This document shows positions 15,661 through 24,000 of a stretch of 24,000 nucleotides of DNA, in pieces (the first letter of the stretch is position 1; each line of letters opens with the position of its first letter). The translations under genes were made by a program, and so were the position numbers. Location: the NCBI GenBank assembly GCA_003155495.1, contig PMDB01000064.1, forward strand, positions 1 to 24,000. The letters run 5' to 3'. This DNA is from Ignavibacteriota bacterium. GTDB taxonomy: Bacteria; Bacteroidota; Ignavibacteria; UBA10030. The notes under the pieces are model-generated. The model saw only the letters and a list, made by a program, of their open reading frames with translations, did not search any database and was not told where the DNA came from.

Positions 15661-16755
15661 TTACTTCGCTAAATCAAGAATTCGATGTGCAATCTCACTG
15701 CCTGCATTTGGTTTTCCAAGCTTTCGGCAAGCTTCGCTCATCTTCTGCCGTTTTTTGTCATCGCTCAATAAAGAAATCAATGCATCTTTCAACATTGCCT
15801 TCACATTCCGATCTGTTATCATAATTGCCGCACCTGCATCGATTAATGAGCGTGCATTGAACGTCTGATGATCCGCAGCTGCGTGCGGATATGGTACAAG
15901 AATTGCGGCTTTGCCCAGACGTGTTAATTCTGATAATGTTGTTGCTCCGGCACGGCACACGACAACATCGGCTGCGGCATATGCGTATTCCATTTTATCG
16001 ATGAATATGCCAACCCATGTGCCCTTTTTTGTTTTTATTTCATCCACGAGTATCGGGTCTAATTTTCCTGTTTGCCATATGAGCTGTATTCCAGCACTTG
16101 TCAATTCATGTATCATTTCTCTCACAGCCTGATTGATGGATGTTGCACCGAGACTTCCGCCAAAAATAAGCACTGTTTTTTTCGATGGATCGAGATTAAA
16201 AAATCGATTTCCTTGTTCCTGTGATATTGTTCCAAGCACATCTCGCGTTGGTGTACCAACAAATTCGACATTGTCCTTTTGCTTTAACCATCGCATCGTT
16301 GTATCGAACGCCGTAAAAATTCTTGTCGCCCTCGTTGAAAGCATCCGTGTTGTCATTCCCGGAAAACTGTTCGATTCGTGAACAATGGTTGGGACTCCAA
16401 GCATTGATGCGATCAATAATACCGGTCCGCACACATATCCGCCGGTTCCGATTACAACATTCGGCTGAAACTTTCTCATGAGAAAGAACGACTGAACAAA
16501 TGAAACAACTACTTTTACCGGAAACAGCAAATTTTGCATCCGCAAGTTACGATGGAATCCGCTGATCCAGATATTTGCAAGCGTGTATCCTCTCAGAGGA
16601 ACAACGCGCGCTTCAATTTTTCCTTTGGTACCGACGAACAAAAATTCCGCATTTGGATTCAACTTTCTTATTTCATCTGCGATGGCGATTGCCGGAAATA
16701 CATGACCGCCAGTTCCGCCCGCCGCGATGAGAATTCTCAGTTTCTCTTTCGGCAC
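15661..16755 (-). CDS. murG: Lipid II synthase: undecaprenyldiphospho-muramoylpentapeptide beta-N-acetylglucosaminyltransferase
   Basis: N-terminal AAGGTGGHVFPAIAIA; GGSLGA; and the C-terminal AADVVVCRAGATTLSELT motif of MurG. Confidence 0.95.
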   Translation of the reverse strand: MPKEKLRILIAAGGTGGHVFPAIAIADEIRKLNPNAEFLFVGTKGKIEARVVPLRGYTLANIWISGFHRNLRMQNLLFPVKVVVSFVQSFFLMRKFQPNVVIGTGGYVCGPVLLIASMLGVPTIVHESNSFPGMTTRMLSTRATRIFTAFDTTMRWLKQKDNVEFVGTPTRDVLGTISQEQGNRFFNLDPSKKTVLIFGGSLGATSINQAVREMIHELTSAGIQLIWQTGKLDPILVDEIKTKKGTWVGIFIDKMEYAYAAADVVVCRAGATTLSELTRLGKAAILVPYPHAAADHQTFNARSLIDAGAAIMITDRNVKAMLKDALISLLSDDKKRQKMSEACRKLGKPNAGSEIAHRILDLAK

Positions 16756-16758
16756 TCT

Positions 16759-17946
16759 TTAATACGCTTTTCCGAGACCCGTCTCCGGTGCAAGTGTCGA
16801 CGCATCGTTCTCTACGGATTTAGTCATCCGTGGATGCAAATCCGTGTGCGCTGAAATATTCAGCAGCACGCCGATAGAAAATGCCGACAGCATCAAAGAC
16901 GAGCCTCCATAACTGATAAATGGCATCGGTAAACCTGTGGTGGGAAAAATTCCCAGTGCCACACTTGCATTCACTAATGCATACAACGTAATTGTGCTTG
17001 TTATAGCAATGGCAAGAAACCGTGCGAAATCATCTTTTGCGTATTTCGCAATCCGAAACCCGCGCAGCATCACAAACAAAAATGCACCTAGCACGACGAG
17101 TGTACCGAGCAATCCATATTCTTCTCCGACAATGGAATAAATAAAGTCATTGTATGATTCGGGCAAAAACAAATCACGCTGTCGGCTCTCACCGGGGCCG
17201 ACGCCGAATAATCCGCCATTGCCGAAGCCGATGATACCTTGCCAGAGTTGATAATTATGTTTGCTGTTCGTATCTCCTTGGACGAAATGCATGATGCGCT
17301 GCAACTGATACGGACGTTTCAATACATACGCCATAAATAGCACATAGAGAGTAAACAGACAAATGGCAACGAGAATCATTCCGAGAAGATGTGGAAGTCG
17401 GACGCGGCCAACATACAGGAGCACGACCGTCAACACAAACAGCATCAAACTAGTGCTGAGATTGGGTTGTGCAAGCACCAGCCCGGTAACAGTCCCAATC
17501 CAGATGATGACAGGGAGAAATCCTCTTTTAAAATCTCTGATGTTTTCACCTTTTGTTGCCAGCAAGAGACTTATATGGAACAGCAATGCAAATTTTGCAA
17601 ATTCTGATGGTTGAAATCCTAATCCGCCGAAGCGAAGCCAACGAACGGCACCTTTTGTTTCACCTCCGAGCACGAAAGTGACAATTAAAAATAACACGGC
17701 AAACATGAGCGCGAGCTTTGTGAATTTTCTATAGAAACCATACGGAATGCTCAAGCCTACAAACAAGGCACTTATGCTGAGCAATACTTTGATTGCATGC
17801 AGGTCGAGATAATGACTTTGAGTTTCGAAGCGTTTTAATGACCATTCCGCAGATGCGCTATAAACGACGCCGAGACTAACAACCATCAGCCCGAGCACGA
17901 CAATGAGCAGCCAAATGTCAATATGATTTCGTTGAATCTTCAGCAT
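16759..17946 (-). CDS. ftsW: SEDS-family peptidoglycan glycosyltransferase FtsW
   Basis: About 10 TM helices. SEDS motifs are present: RWLRFGGLGFQPSEFAKFAL, LPESYNDFIYSIVGEEYGLLG and GLPMPFISYGGSSL. It is at the conserved position between murD and murG. Confidence 0.93.
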   Translation of the reverse strand: MLKIQRNHIDIWLLIVVLGLMVVSLGVVYSASAEWSLKRFETQSHYLDLHAIKVLLSISALFVGLSIPYGFYRKFTKLALMFAVLFLIVTFVLGGETKGAVRWLRFGGLGFQPSEFAKFALLFHISLLLATKGENIRDFKRGFLPVIIWIGTVTGLVLAQPNLSTSLMLFVLTVVLLYVGRVRLPHLLGMILVAICLFTLYVLFMAYVLKRPYQLQRIMHFVQGDTNSKHNYQLWQGIIGFGNGGLFGVGPGESRQRDLFLPESYNDFIYSIVGEEYGLLGTLVVLGAFLFVMLRGFRIAKYAKDDFARFLAIAITSTITLYALVNASVALGIFPTTGLPMPFISYGGSSLMLSAFSIGVLLNISAHTDLHPRMTKSVENDASTLAPETGLGKAY

Positions 17947-18046
17947 CGATTACTCTGATGACATTGATATTTCGCAGATAAAGGATTGAACAGATTCATA
18001 TTCCGCGAAATCAACCATCTGTATACAGTCATTGATATCTTTGAAA

Positions 18047-19402
18047 TCATAAATTCTTCACAAGTTCTTTGAACACTTGACCGCGGTGTTCATAATTCTT
18101 AAACCAGTCGAACGACGAGCATGCCGGCGAAAGGAGAACTACATCTCCAGATTGTGCGAGAGACCGCGCTGTTGCAACTGCTTCATCCATCGACGCTGTC
18201 TTTGTAATGGCGGATGTTCCACGAAATGCTTGTTCCACTTTATCTGCCGATTCACCGATGGCAACAATCGCCTTTACTTGTTTCTTCACAAGTTTAGATA
18301 ATCGAGAATAGTCGTTTCCTTTGTCACGACCTCCAAGGAGTAACACAATCGGTTCCTTGAATGCCTGCAGTGCATACCATACTGAATCCACATTGGTGGC
18401 TTTCGAATCGTTATAATAGCGGACGCTGTTGAGTTCGCGGACAAATTCCAGACGATGCTCAACTCCTTCGAATGTCTTCAATGTTGATTGGAGCGAATTT
18501 GCCTCGACTCCAAGCAGTTGTCCTGCAAGCACAGCCGCCATCGAATTATAAAGATTGTGTGCGCCTTTGATGAAAATCTGATTGATGTCGATGACTTCCG
18601 TTTTGACTCCTCCGAGAGAAGTGACAAGTTTTTCGTTTTCGACAAATGCGCCTTCGTTCATTTTTTGCTGTATACTGAAGGAAACCTTATGGCTTTGTGC
18701 TTGAGAAACGACTCGGTTTGTCCATTCATCATCTGCATTGTAGATGAGCACGTCGTCAGACCGCTGATTTTTAAAGATCCGTGCTTTGGAAGCTACATAT
18801 TTCTCCATCGAGTGATTGTACCGATCCATGTGATCAGGTGTCATATTCAGCAGGATTGAAATCTTTGGCCGGAAAGCCTCGATATGATCCAATTGAAAGC
18901 TGCTCACTTCCAGAACAGCAACATCTGTTTTAGCCAGTTCCAAAACGAGAGATGAGAATGCCGTTCCAATGTTACCAGCAACAACATGTTTTTTCTTTGC
19001 ATGGTCGAGTATCCTTCCAATTAAAGTTGTGGTTGTCGTTTTTCCGTTGCTGCCGGTAATTGCCACAATGGGCGACCGGCAAAACCAACTACCAACTTCA
19101 AGCTCACTGACAACTTTGATACTGCGTTTTTGTGCTTCAAGAACAACATACGCATTGCTGGGAACGCCAGGGCTGATCACCATTAACTCGCATTGATACA
19201 CACGATCGGAATGCTTGCCGACCTCAAATTCAATCTTTTCAGATTGAAGATTGGAGATTGAGGATTGCAGTTTCTCTGCCGAAGAAGAGTCACTGACAAA
19301 CACGTCGGCTCCTTGTGATCGAAGCAGTTGTGCGACGGCAACACCGCTGCGTGCCGCACCGATAACAGAAACTTTTTTCTTATGGAGAAGCGTACTATCC
19401 AT
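18047..19402 (-). CDS. murD: UDP-N-acetylmuramoylalanine--D-glutamate ligase
   Basis: Rossmann-like N-terminus VSVIGAARSGVAVAQLL, P-loop ITGSNGKTTTTTLI, and NDSKATNVDS typical of MurD. Confidence 0.94.
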   Translation of the reverse strand: MDSTLLHKKKVSVIGAARSGVAVAQLLRSQGADVFVSDSSSAEKLQSSISNLQSEKIEFEVGKHSDRVYQCELMVISPGVPSNAYVVLEAQKRSIKVVSELEVGSWFCRSPIVAITGSNGKTTTTTLIGRILDHAKKKHVVAGNIGTAFSSLVLELAKTDVAVLEVSSFQLDHIEAFRPKISILLNMTPDHMDRYNHSMEKYVASKARIFKNQRSDDVLIYNADDEWTNRVVSQAQSHKVSFSIQQKMNEGAFVENEKLVTSLGGVKTEVIDINQIFIKGAHNLYNSMAAVLAGQLLGVEANSLQSTLKTFEGVEHRLEFVRELNSVRYYNDSKATNVDSVWYALQAFKEPIVLLLGGRDKGNDYSRLSKLVKKQVKAIVAIGESADKVEQAFRGTSAITKTASMDEAVATARSLAQSGDVVLLSPACSSFDWFKNYEHRGQVFKELVKNL

Positions 19403-19410
19403 TCCAGAAA

Positions 19411-20535
19411 TTACCGCACCTTAAATGTTGCCAAACTTAAAATCATGAGTAAAATGGCAATGATATAAAATCTCATAACAATTTTTGGTTCTGACCAACC
19501 AAGCAATTCAAAGTGGTGATGAATCGGCGCCATCTTAAAAACACGCTTCCCTTCACCATAACGTTTCTTTGTATACTTAAAATACATTCGTTGAATAATG
19601 ACCGAAATGCTTTCCATGAGAAAAACACCGCCAAGTGTCGGCAGGAGAAGTTCCTTCTTGATCAATACGCACATAGCACCAATAACACCGCCGAGCGCAA
19701 GCGAACCGGTATCACCCATAAATACTTGCGCCGGGTGTGAATTAAACCAGAGAAATCCCAGCGACGCGCCGGTGATTGCCGAGCAATAAATTGTCAACTC
19801 ACCGTTGCCCCGCAGGTAAGGAATGGTGAGATACTGGCTCCAAATTGCATGTCCCGATATGTATGTTATAATTGCGAGTGTGAAGGCTACGATACCGACA
19901 TTTCCGATCGCTAGTCCGTCGAGTCCGTCCGTCAAATTTACAGCATTTGATGTTGCGGTAATAACGAAGATGACCATCGGGATGTAAAATATTCCGAAAT
20001 CGAATTCAAGATATTTGAAAAAAGGAACAGTGGTGCTTGATTTCATCCGTACCAACTCCGTATCGATCCATTGCGGGAAAAAATAGATCACGCCACCAAC
20101 AATCAATCCAACAAAGACTTGTCCTACAATTTTATATTTCCAGATAAGCCCTTTGGGTTTTTTTCCGATGACTTTCAGATAATCATCCAAAAATCCGACA
20201 GTACCGAGTGTTACCGTGACAAAGAGAATAAGCAGGATGTATACATTTTTTAAATCCGTCCATAATAAAGCGGGAATGAGTATCGAGAGAAGGACAATCA
20301 ATCCGCCCATAGTTGGTGTGCCGGCTTTTACGAGATGGGTCTTGGGTGCTTCAAGTTTTGCTGCCTCGCCGATCTGGAGTTCACGTAGCTTACGAATGAT
20401 CTTCGGTCCGAGCCAGAAGGAAATGATCAACGCTGTTACAGCAGCAGCACCGGCGCGAAAGGTGATATATCGGAAAACACCAAAACCCGGAATGCCAAAT
20501 GTTCGATGCAAGTATGTAAAAAAATAGAACAGCAT
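19411..20535 (-). CDS. mraY: Phospho-N-acetylmuramoyl-pentapeptide transferase
   Basis: Polytopic membrane protein with MraY motifs PTMGG, NAVNLTDGLDGLA, MGDTGSLALGG and APIHHHFE. Confidence 0.96.
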   Translation of the reverse strand: MLFYFFTYLHRTFGIPGFGVFRYITFRAGAAAVTALIISFWLGPKIIRKLRELQIGEAAKLEAPKTHLVKAGTPTMGGLIVLLSILIPALLWTDLKNVYILLILFVTVTLGTVGFLDDYLKVIGKKPKGLIWKYKIVGQVFVGLIVGGVIYFFPQWIDTELVRMKSSTTVPFFKYLEFDFGIFYIPMVIFVITATSNAVNLTDGLDGLAIGNVGIVAFTLAIITYISGHAIWSQYLTIPYLRGNGELTIYCSAITGASLGFLWFNSHPAQVFMGDTGSLALGGVIGAMCVLIKKELLLPTLGGVFLMESISVIIQRMYFKYTKKRYGEGKRVFKMAPIHHHFELLGWSEPKIVMRFYIIAILLMILSLATFKVR

Positions 20536-20538
20536 ATG

Positions 20539-21951
20539 TTATGCTTCTACCTTTTGTGAAAAATGTTCTTCGAGAGCGAATACTACTTCTTCCATTTTCA
20601 TTCCGCGCGACCCTTTGATGAGAACGATATCACCATCGTTGAGTGTATGAAGCAAGTGCTCGGTAAGCACGGTTTTATTTTCAAAATGTGCTTTGGTCTC
20701 CACGAACGCAGCATCATATGTGTACTTTGAGAGCGCGCCAACGGTAAAAAGAATATCGACACTGTGCTGAGCGAGGGCTTTTCCAATTTGTTGATGTAAC
20801 TCTTCTGCTTGATGTCCGAGTTCCAGCATATCAGACAGCACTACAATTTTCTTTCCCTTTGATACCATGGTATGCAGCGTTGCCAATGCTGCATGTGTGG
20901 AATCAGGATTTGCATTGTATGTATCATTCAAGATGGTTATTTTTGCAGTCCGATGAATTTGCATCCTTTTACTGGCTGATTGGAATGAGCCAAGAGCTTT
21001 TTGAATGTTCACACGCGGTACTTTAAAAGTAAGACCTATGGCTATTGCAGCAAGAGCATTCTGTGCGTTGTGTTCTCCGGGTGCACCCACAGTGATATCG
21101 AATGCCTTTTGGGCTCGCGGTTTCACTCGCAAGAGGGCTTGGCCATTCGCGTTAAATGATTCTACTGTTCCCATAATGGATATACTGCGAGAAGAAAATC
21201 CGTAGCGTACTGTTTTCTTTAACTTCTTTATTCGATGCACAATATTCTTGTCATCCATATTGACAAAGGAAGTACCGTTATGCTTTGAGAGCCAATCAAA
21301 GAGTTCACCTTCTGCATGGGCGACACCTTCAATCGAGCCGAAGAATTCTAGGTGTTCACGACCAATGTTGGTGATTACTCCGTGTGTTGGTTCCAAAACG
21401 GTGCAGAGATATTCAATTTCGCCTGGATGATTAGTGCCGATCTCGATAACTGCGATCTCATGTTTTTTCTTTATTCGAAAGAGTGTCTGTGGCACACCAA
21501 TATGGTTGTTTAAATTCCCTTCTGTGCACAGCACATTATATTTTTGGCTGAGGAGACTCTTCAGCATTTCTTTTGTTGTTGTCTTCCCGTTAGATCCTCC
21601 TACTGCAATAAACGGAATCGTGTACTTCCGTCGAAAGAGCCTGGCAAAATACCCAAGAGCATGGATAGTGTTTTCGACAGTGAGTCTTGGGATATGGATG
21701 CTCACCATCATTGTTTCATTCGCTTCTGCCCATCGACGCTCAACAATAATACCGGCTGCACCCATTTCGATGGCTTTGGAAATAAAATTATGCCCATCGA
21801 ATTGATCACCTCGAATGGCGATGAAGAGTTCACCTGCCTTGATGGTCCGTGAATCAATCGAAATACCGGGGATTTTAAAACTCTTCAGTCCATCAAACCC
21901 AATCGCTTTATGATGCGGTAGTGCAAGGATGTCGGGCTTGGTCAGTTTCAT
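20539..21951 (-). CDS. murF: UDP-N-acetylmuramoyl-tripeptide--D-alanyl-D-alanine ligase
   Basis: Mur ligase P-loop VGGSNGKTTTKEML, the EIGTNHPGEI motif and NDTYNANPDS, characteristic of MurF. Confidence 0.94.
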   Translation of the reverse strand: MKLTKPDILALPHHKAIGFDGLKSFKIPGISIDSRTIKAGELFIAIRGDQFDGHNFISKAIEMGAAGIIVERRWAEANETMMVSIHIPRLTVENTIHALGYFARLFRRKYTIPFIAVGGSNGKTTTKEMLKSLLSQKYNVLCTEGNLNNHIGVPQTLFRIKKKHEIAVIEIGTNHPGEIEYLCTVLEPTHGVITNIGREHLEFFGSIEGVAHAEGELFDWLSKHNGTSFVNMDDKNIVHRIKKLKKTVRYGFSSRSISIMGTVESFNANGQALLRVKPRAQKAFDITVGAPGEHNAQNALAAIAIGLTFKVPRVNIQKALGSFQSASKRMQIHRTAKITILNDTYNANPDSTHAALATLHTMVSKGKKIVVLSDMLELGHQAEELHQQIGKALAQHSVDILFTVGALSKYTYDAAFVETKAHFENKTVLTEHLLHTLNDGDIVLIKGSRGMKMEEVVFALEEHFSQKVEA

Positions 21952-22054
21952 TATTGAGTGCTCAGATTATTTTGATGAAACGCAAACCATTGATTCCTCA
22001 GACGACACATCTGTGAAATTTTGGATCGATCGAAAATCAGAGTTGTCCGAATAA

Positions 22055-23551
22055 TCATAAAAGACTTTCCAGAACTTCGCGGTCACTGAAATGAATTTTC
22101 TCTTGACCAAATACCTGGTAATCCTCATGCCCTTTTCCTGCAATGAGAATGACATCACCGCGTTGTGCACAATTGACAGCACGTTCAATTGCTGTTCTCC
22201 TATCTATTTCACGAAGAACACTTGCATGACGAATAACGCCGTGCATAATGTCATCAATGATTTTTTCTGGATTTTCTGTCCTCGGATTATCAGTCGTTAC
22301 AATGACAATATCACTGTATTCGCCTGCAATGCGACCCATCAATGGGCGTTTTGCTTTATCGCGATCACCTCCCGCACCGAATACAGTTATAATACGGCCT
22401 CGATTTTGTGTCGGCAGAATTTCGTGAATAGTTTTTAGACAATTCTCAAGCGCGTCCGGTGTGTGTGCATAATCGATAATTCCGGTCCATCCTGCAGGAG
22501 AGACAATGCGTTCAAATCTTCCGCGAACATTTTTCAGATTGTTGATACCGGTTATGATTTGCTCGCGTGGAATTCCAAGTGCGATACCGGCAGAATATGC
22601 TGCGAGGACATTATAGACGTTAAACTTACCAATAAGCGGCATGGTGAATGTGAATTCTCCGTGTCCATTGCTCAATGTAAGCGCTGTTCCAGTAATGCTA
22701 AACTTCATATTTTTTACTTGCACATCAGCAGCAGAGGTGATACCGTAGGAAATTGCTCTCGTGTTGATAGCATCACGTATCTGTACTCCTCGCCGATCAT
22801 CATGGTTGATAACGGCGCATCCGGATGGTTTCAAATCCATAAAAAGAGTTTTTTTCGCTTCGAAATACTTTTCCATAGTTCCATGATAATCGAGATGGTC
22901 TTGTGTCAAATTTGTGAAAATTGCAACATTGAAATCGAGTCCGAAGACACGAGACTGATCCAATGCATGCGAAGAGATCTCCATTGATACCGATGTGCAT
23001 TTTTCTTCCACCATCGAAGCAAATAGTTCATTGAGCTCAAGCGATTCAGGTGTTGTATGCGTAGCCGGAATGACGCGTTCGCCGATTTTATATTCAATCG
23101 TCCCGACCAAACCAACTTTCTCTCCGGCAGCTTCCAGAATCGATTTCACCAGATGAGAAGTAGTAGTTTTTCCATTTGTTCCTGTCACACCGATAAATTT
23201 TAATTTCTTAGATGGATGACCAAAAAAATTCGACGACATCAAGGCAAGAGCTCTTCGCGTATCCGGTACTACGATTTTAATGACACCAACATGCATACAG
23301 AACGGATCCGGAAGTGCATTATCATCTTGTAGGACGACAACTTTCGCGCCTTGATTGATAGCACCCTGAAGATAGGCATGTCCGTCACTTGTCGTTCCCT
23401 TGAGTGCGACAAAGCAATCATCGCGTTGGATTTTCCGTGAGTCGTACTGGAGTTTGTTGATTTCCACTTCATGTGTAACGACCATCTGTCCATACATCGT
23501 TTGGAACAATTTGGAAACCGTAACACCTTCGAGCAATTGAGAGAGTTTCAT
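22055..23551 (-). CDS. murE: UDP-N-acetylmuramoyl-L-alanyl-D-glutamate--2,6-diaminopimelate ligase
   Basis: P-loop GVTGTNGKTTTSHL, and DYAHTPDALE. The DNPR motif (TTDNPRTE) is associated with meso-DAP-adding MurE enzymes. Confidence 0.94.
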   Translation of the reverse strand: MKLSQLLEGVTVSKLFQTMYGQMVVTHEVEINKLQYDSRKIQRDDCFVALKGTTSDGHAYLQGAINQGAKVVVLQDDNALPDPFCMHVGVIKIVVPDTRRALALMSSNFFGHPSKKLKFIGVTGTNGKTTTSHLVKSILEAAGEKVGLVGTIEYKIGERVIPATHTTPESLELNELFASMVEEKCTSVSMEISSHALDQSRVFGLDFNVAIFTNLTQDHLDYHGTMEKYFEAKKTLFMDLKPSGCAVINHDDRRGVQIRDAINTRAISYGITSAADVQVKNMKFSITGTALTLSNGHGEFTFTMPLIGKFNVYNVLAAYSAGIALGIPREQIITGINNLKNVRGRFERIVSPAGWTGIIDYAHTPDALENCLKTIHEILPTQNRGRIITVFGAGGDRDKAKRPLMGRIAGEYSDIVIVTTDNPRTENPEKIIDDIMHGVIRHASVLREIDRRTAIERAVNCAQRGDVILIAGKGHEDYQVFGQEKIHFSDREVLESLL

Positions 23552-23563
23552 AAGCAGATCAAT

Positions 23564-24000
23564 TCAATATAATGATGCCTGTGCCATGCTGCGCGGCATG
23601 CAGGTAAGTGTGATAGATGAGCCCAGACGCGTTCGTTCGCCCGCATTTGGGAATTGTTGTGTCACGACACCCGAACCCTGAACTTTTACTTCAAATTCAT
23701 CTGAAACAAGTCGATTCATTGCGCGACGAATACTCATTCCCCGTACATCCGGCACTGAAATCATTCCATCAGACGAAGCGACGGATTCGCCGTTGAGGAT
23801 AAGAGAGACCGTCTCGTCTTTTTCGACTTTTTTCCCTGGCTCAGGAGTTTGCCTGATAACCAAATTGCCCTCTCCAAATGTCTGACAATTGAGTCCGTAG
23901 TTTGTGAGCATTTTTTTCGCTAACGACGATTGCAACATACGTACGTCGGGAACAACGATGATGCCGCGTGCAGCAGGGTCCTTTGCAATTGTAGTTCGGG
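23564..24000 (-). CDS. ftsI: Class B penicillin-binding protein (FtsI/PBP3-like), C-terminal part with two PASTA-like repeats; the 5' end lies outside the window
   Basis: The frame stays open upstream of the tracked ATG (23938) to the window edge (...RTTIAKDPAARGIIVVPDVRMLQSS...). There are two about 65-aa repeats, each starting with VPDVR and ending in a beta-rich segment (PASTA-like). Its position directly upstream of murE is the conserved ftsI slot. Confidence 0.8.
   Translation of the reverse strand, partial: RTTIAKDPAARGIIVVPDVRMLQSSLAKKMLTNYGLNCQTFGEGNLVIRQTPEPGKKVEKDETVSLILNGESVASSDGMISVPDVRGMSIRRAMNRLVSDEFEVKVQGSGVVTQQFPNAGERTRLGSSITLTCMPRSMAQASLY

Noticed and set aside
17947-18046. 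An inverted repeat, ATTTCGC ... GCGAAAT, in the 100-nt murD-ftsW spacer, considered as a possible regulatory hairpin.
   Set aside because: The stem is only 7 bp with a roughly 27-nt loop inside an operon. It cannot be told apart from a chance match.
21967-22188. A 73-aa minus-strand ORF spanning the murE-murF spacer.
   Set aside because: It overlaps the murE 3' end in another frame and has no recognisable motifs. The 103-nt spacer is more simply non-coding.

Overview
This is an AT-rich bacterial chromosomal segment. Gene content and order loosely suggest an FCB-group or Ignavibacteria-like organism, but that is a low-confidence guess. All assignments come from motif recognition in the supplied ORF translations; no database searches were run.

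**Right part (9.5-24 kb, minus strand):** a compact, almost complete dcw cell-wall/division cluster, ftsI(3' part)-murE-murF-mraY-murD-ftsW-murG-[unknown 174-aa membrane protein]-murC-murB-ftsQ-ftsA-ftsZ. A strong hairpin follows ftsZ.

**Middle part (3.0-9.3 kb, minus strand):** a nine-gene arsenic-type operon, arsR-arsM-arsN2-nitroreductase-arsC-hgcA-hgcB-(221 nt gap)-flavin reductase-acr3.
- The most notable point is that a canonical mercury-methylation pair sits inside this operon. HgcA carries the corrinoid cap-helix motif NVWCAAGK plus a C-terminal multi-TM domain. HgcB is a 2x[4Fe-4S] ferredoxin ending in vicinal Cys.
- hgcA starts 3 nt after the arsC stop.
- The operon also encodes the SAM-dependent arsenite methyltransferase ArsM.
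- It is preceded by two copies of a near-identical AT-rich palindrome, the candidate ArsR operators. One is a perfect 22-mer just upstream of arsR; the other lies just upstream of arsM.

**Left part (plus strand):** the 3' end of a PNPOx-like gene, a LysE/RhtB-family exporter, threonine synthase, and a small protein built from four tandem 16-aa repeats.

No tRNA/rRNA genes, CRISPR arrays, transposases or integrases were recognised.
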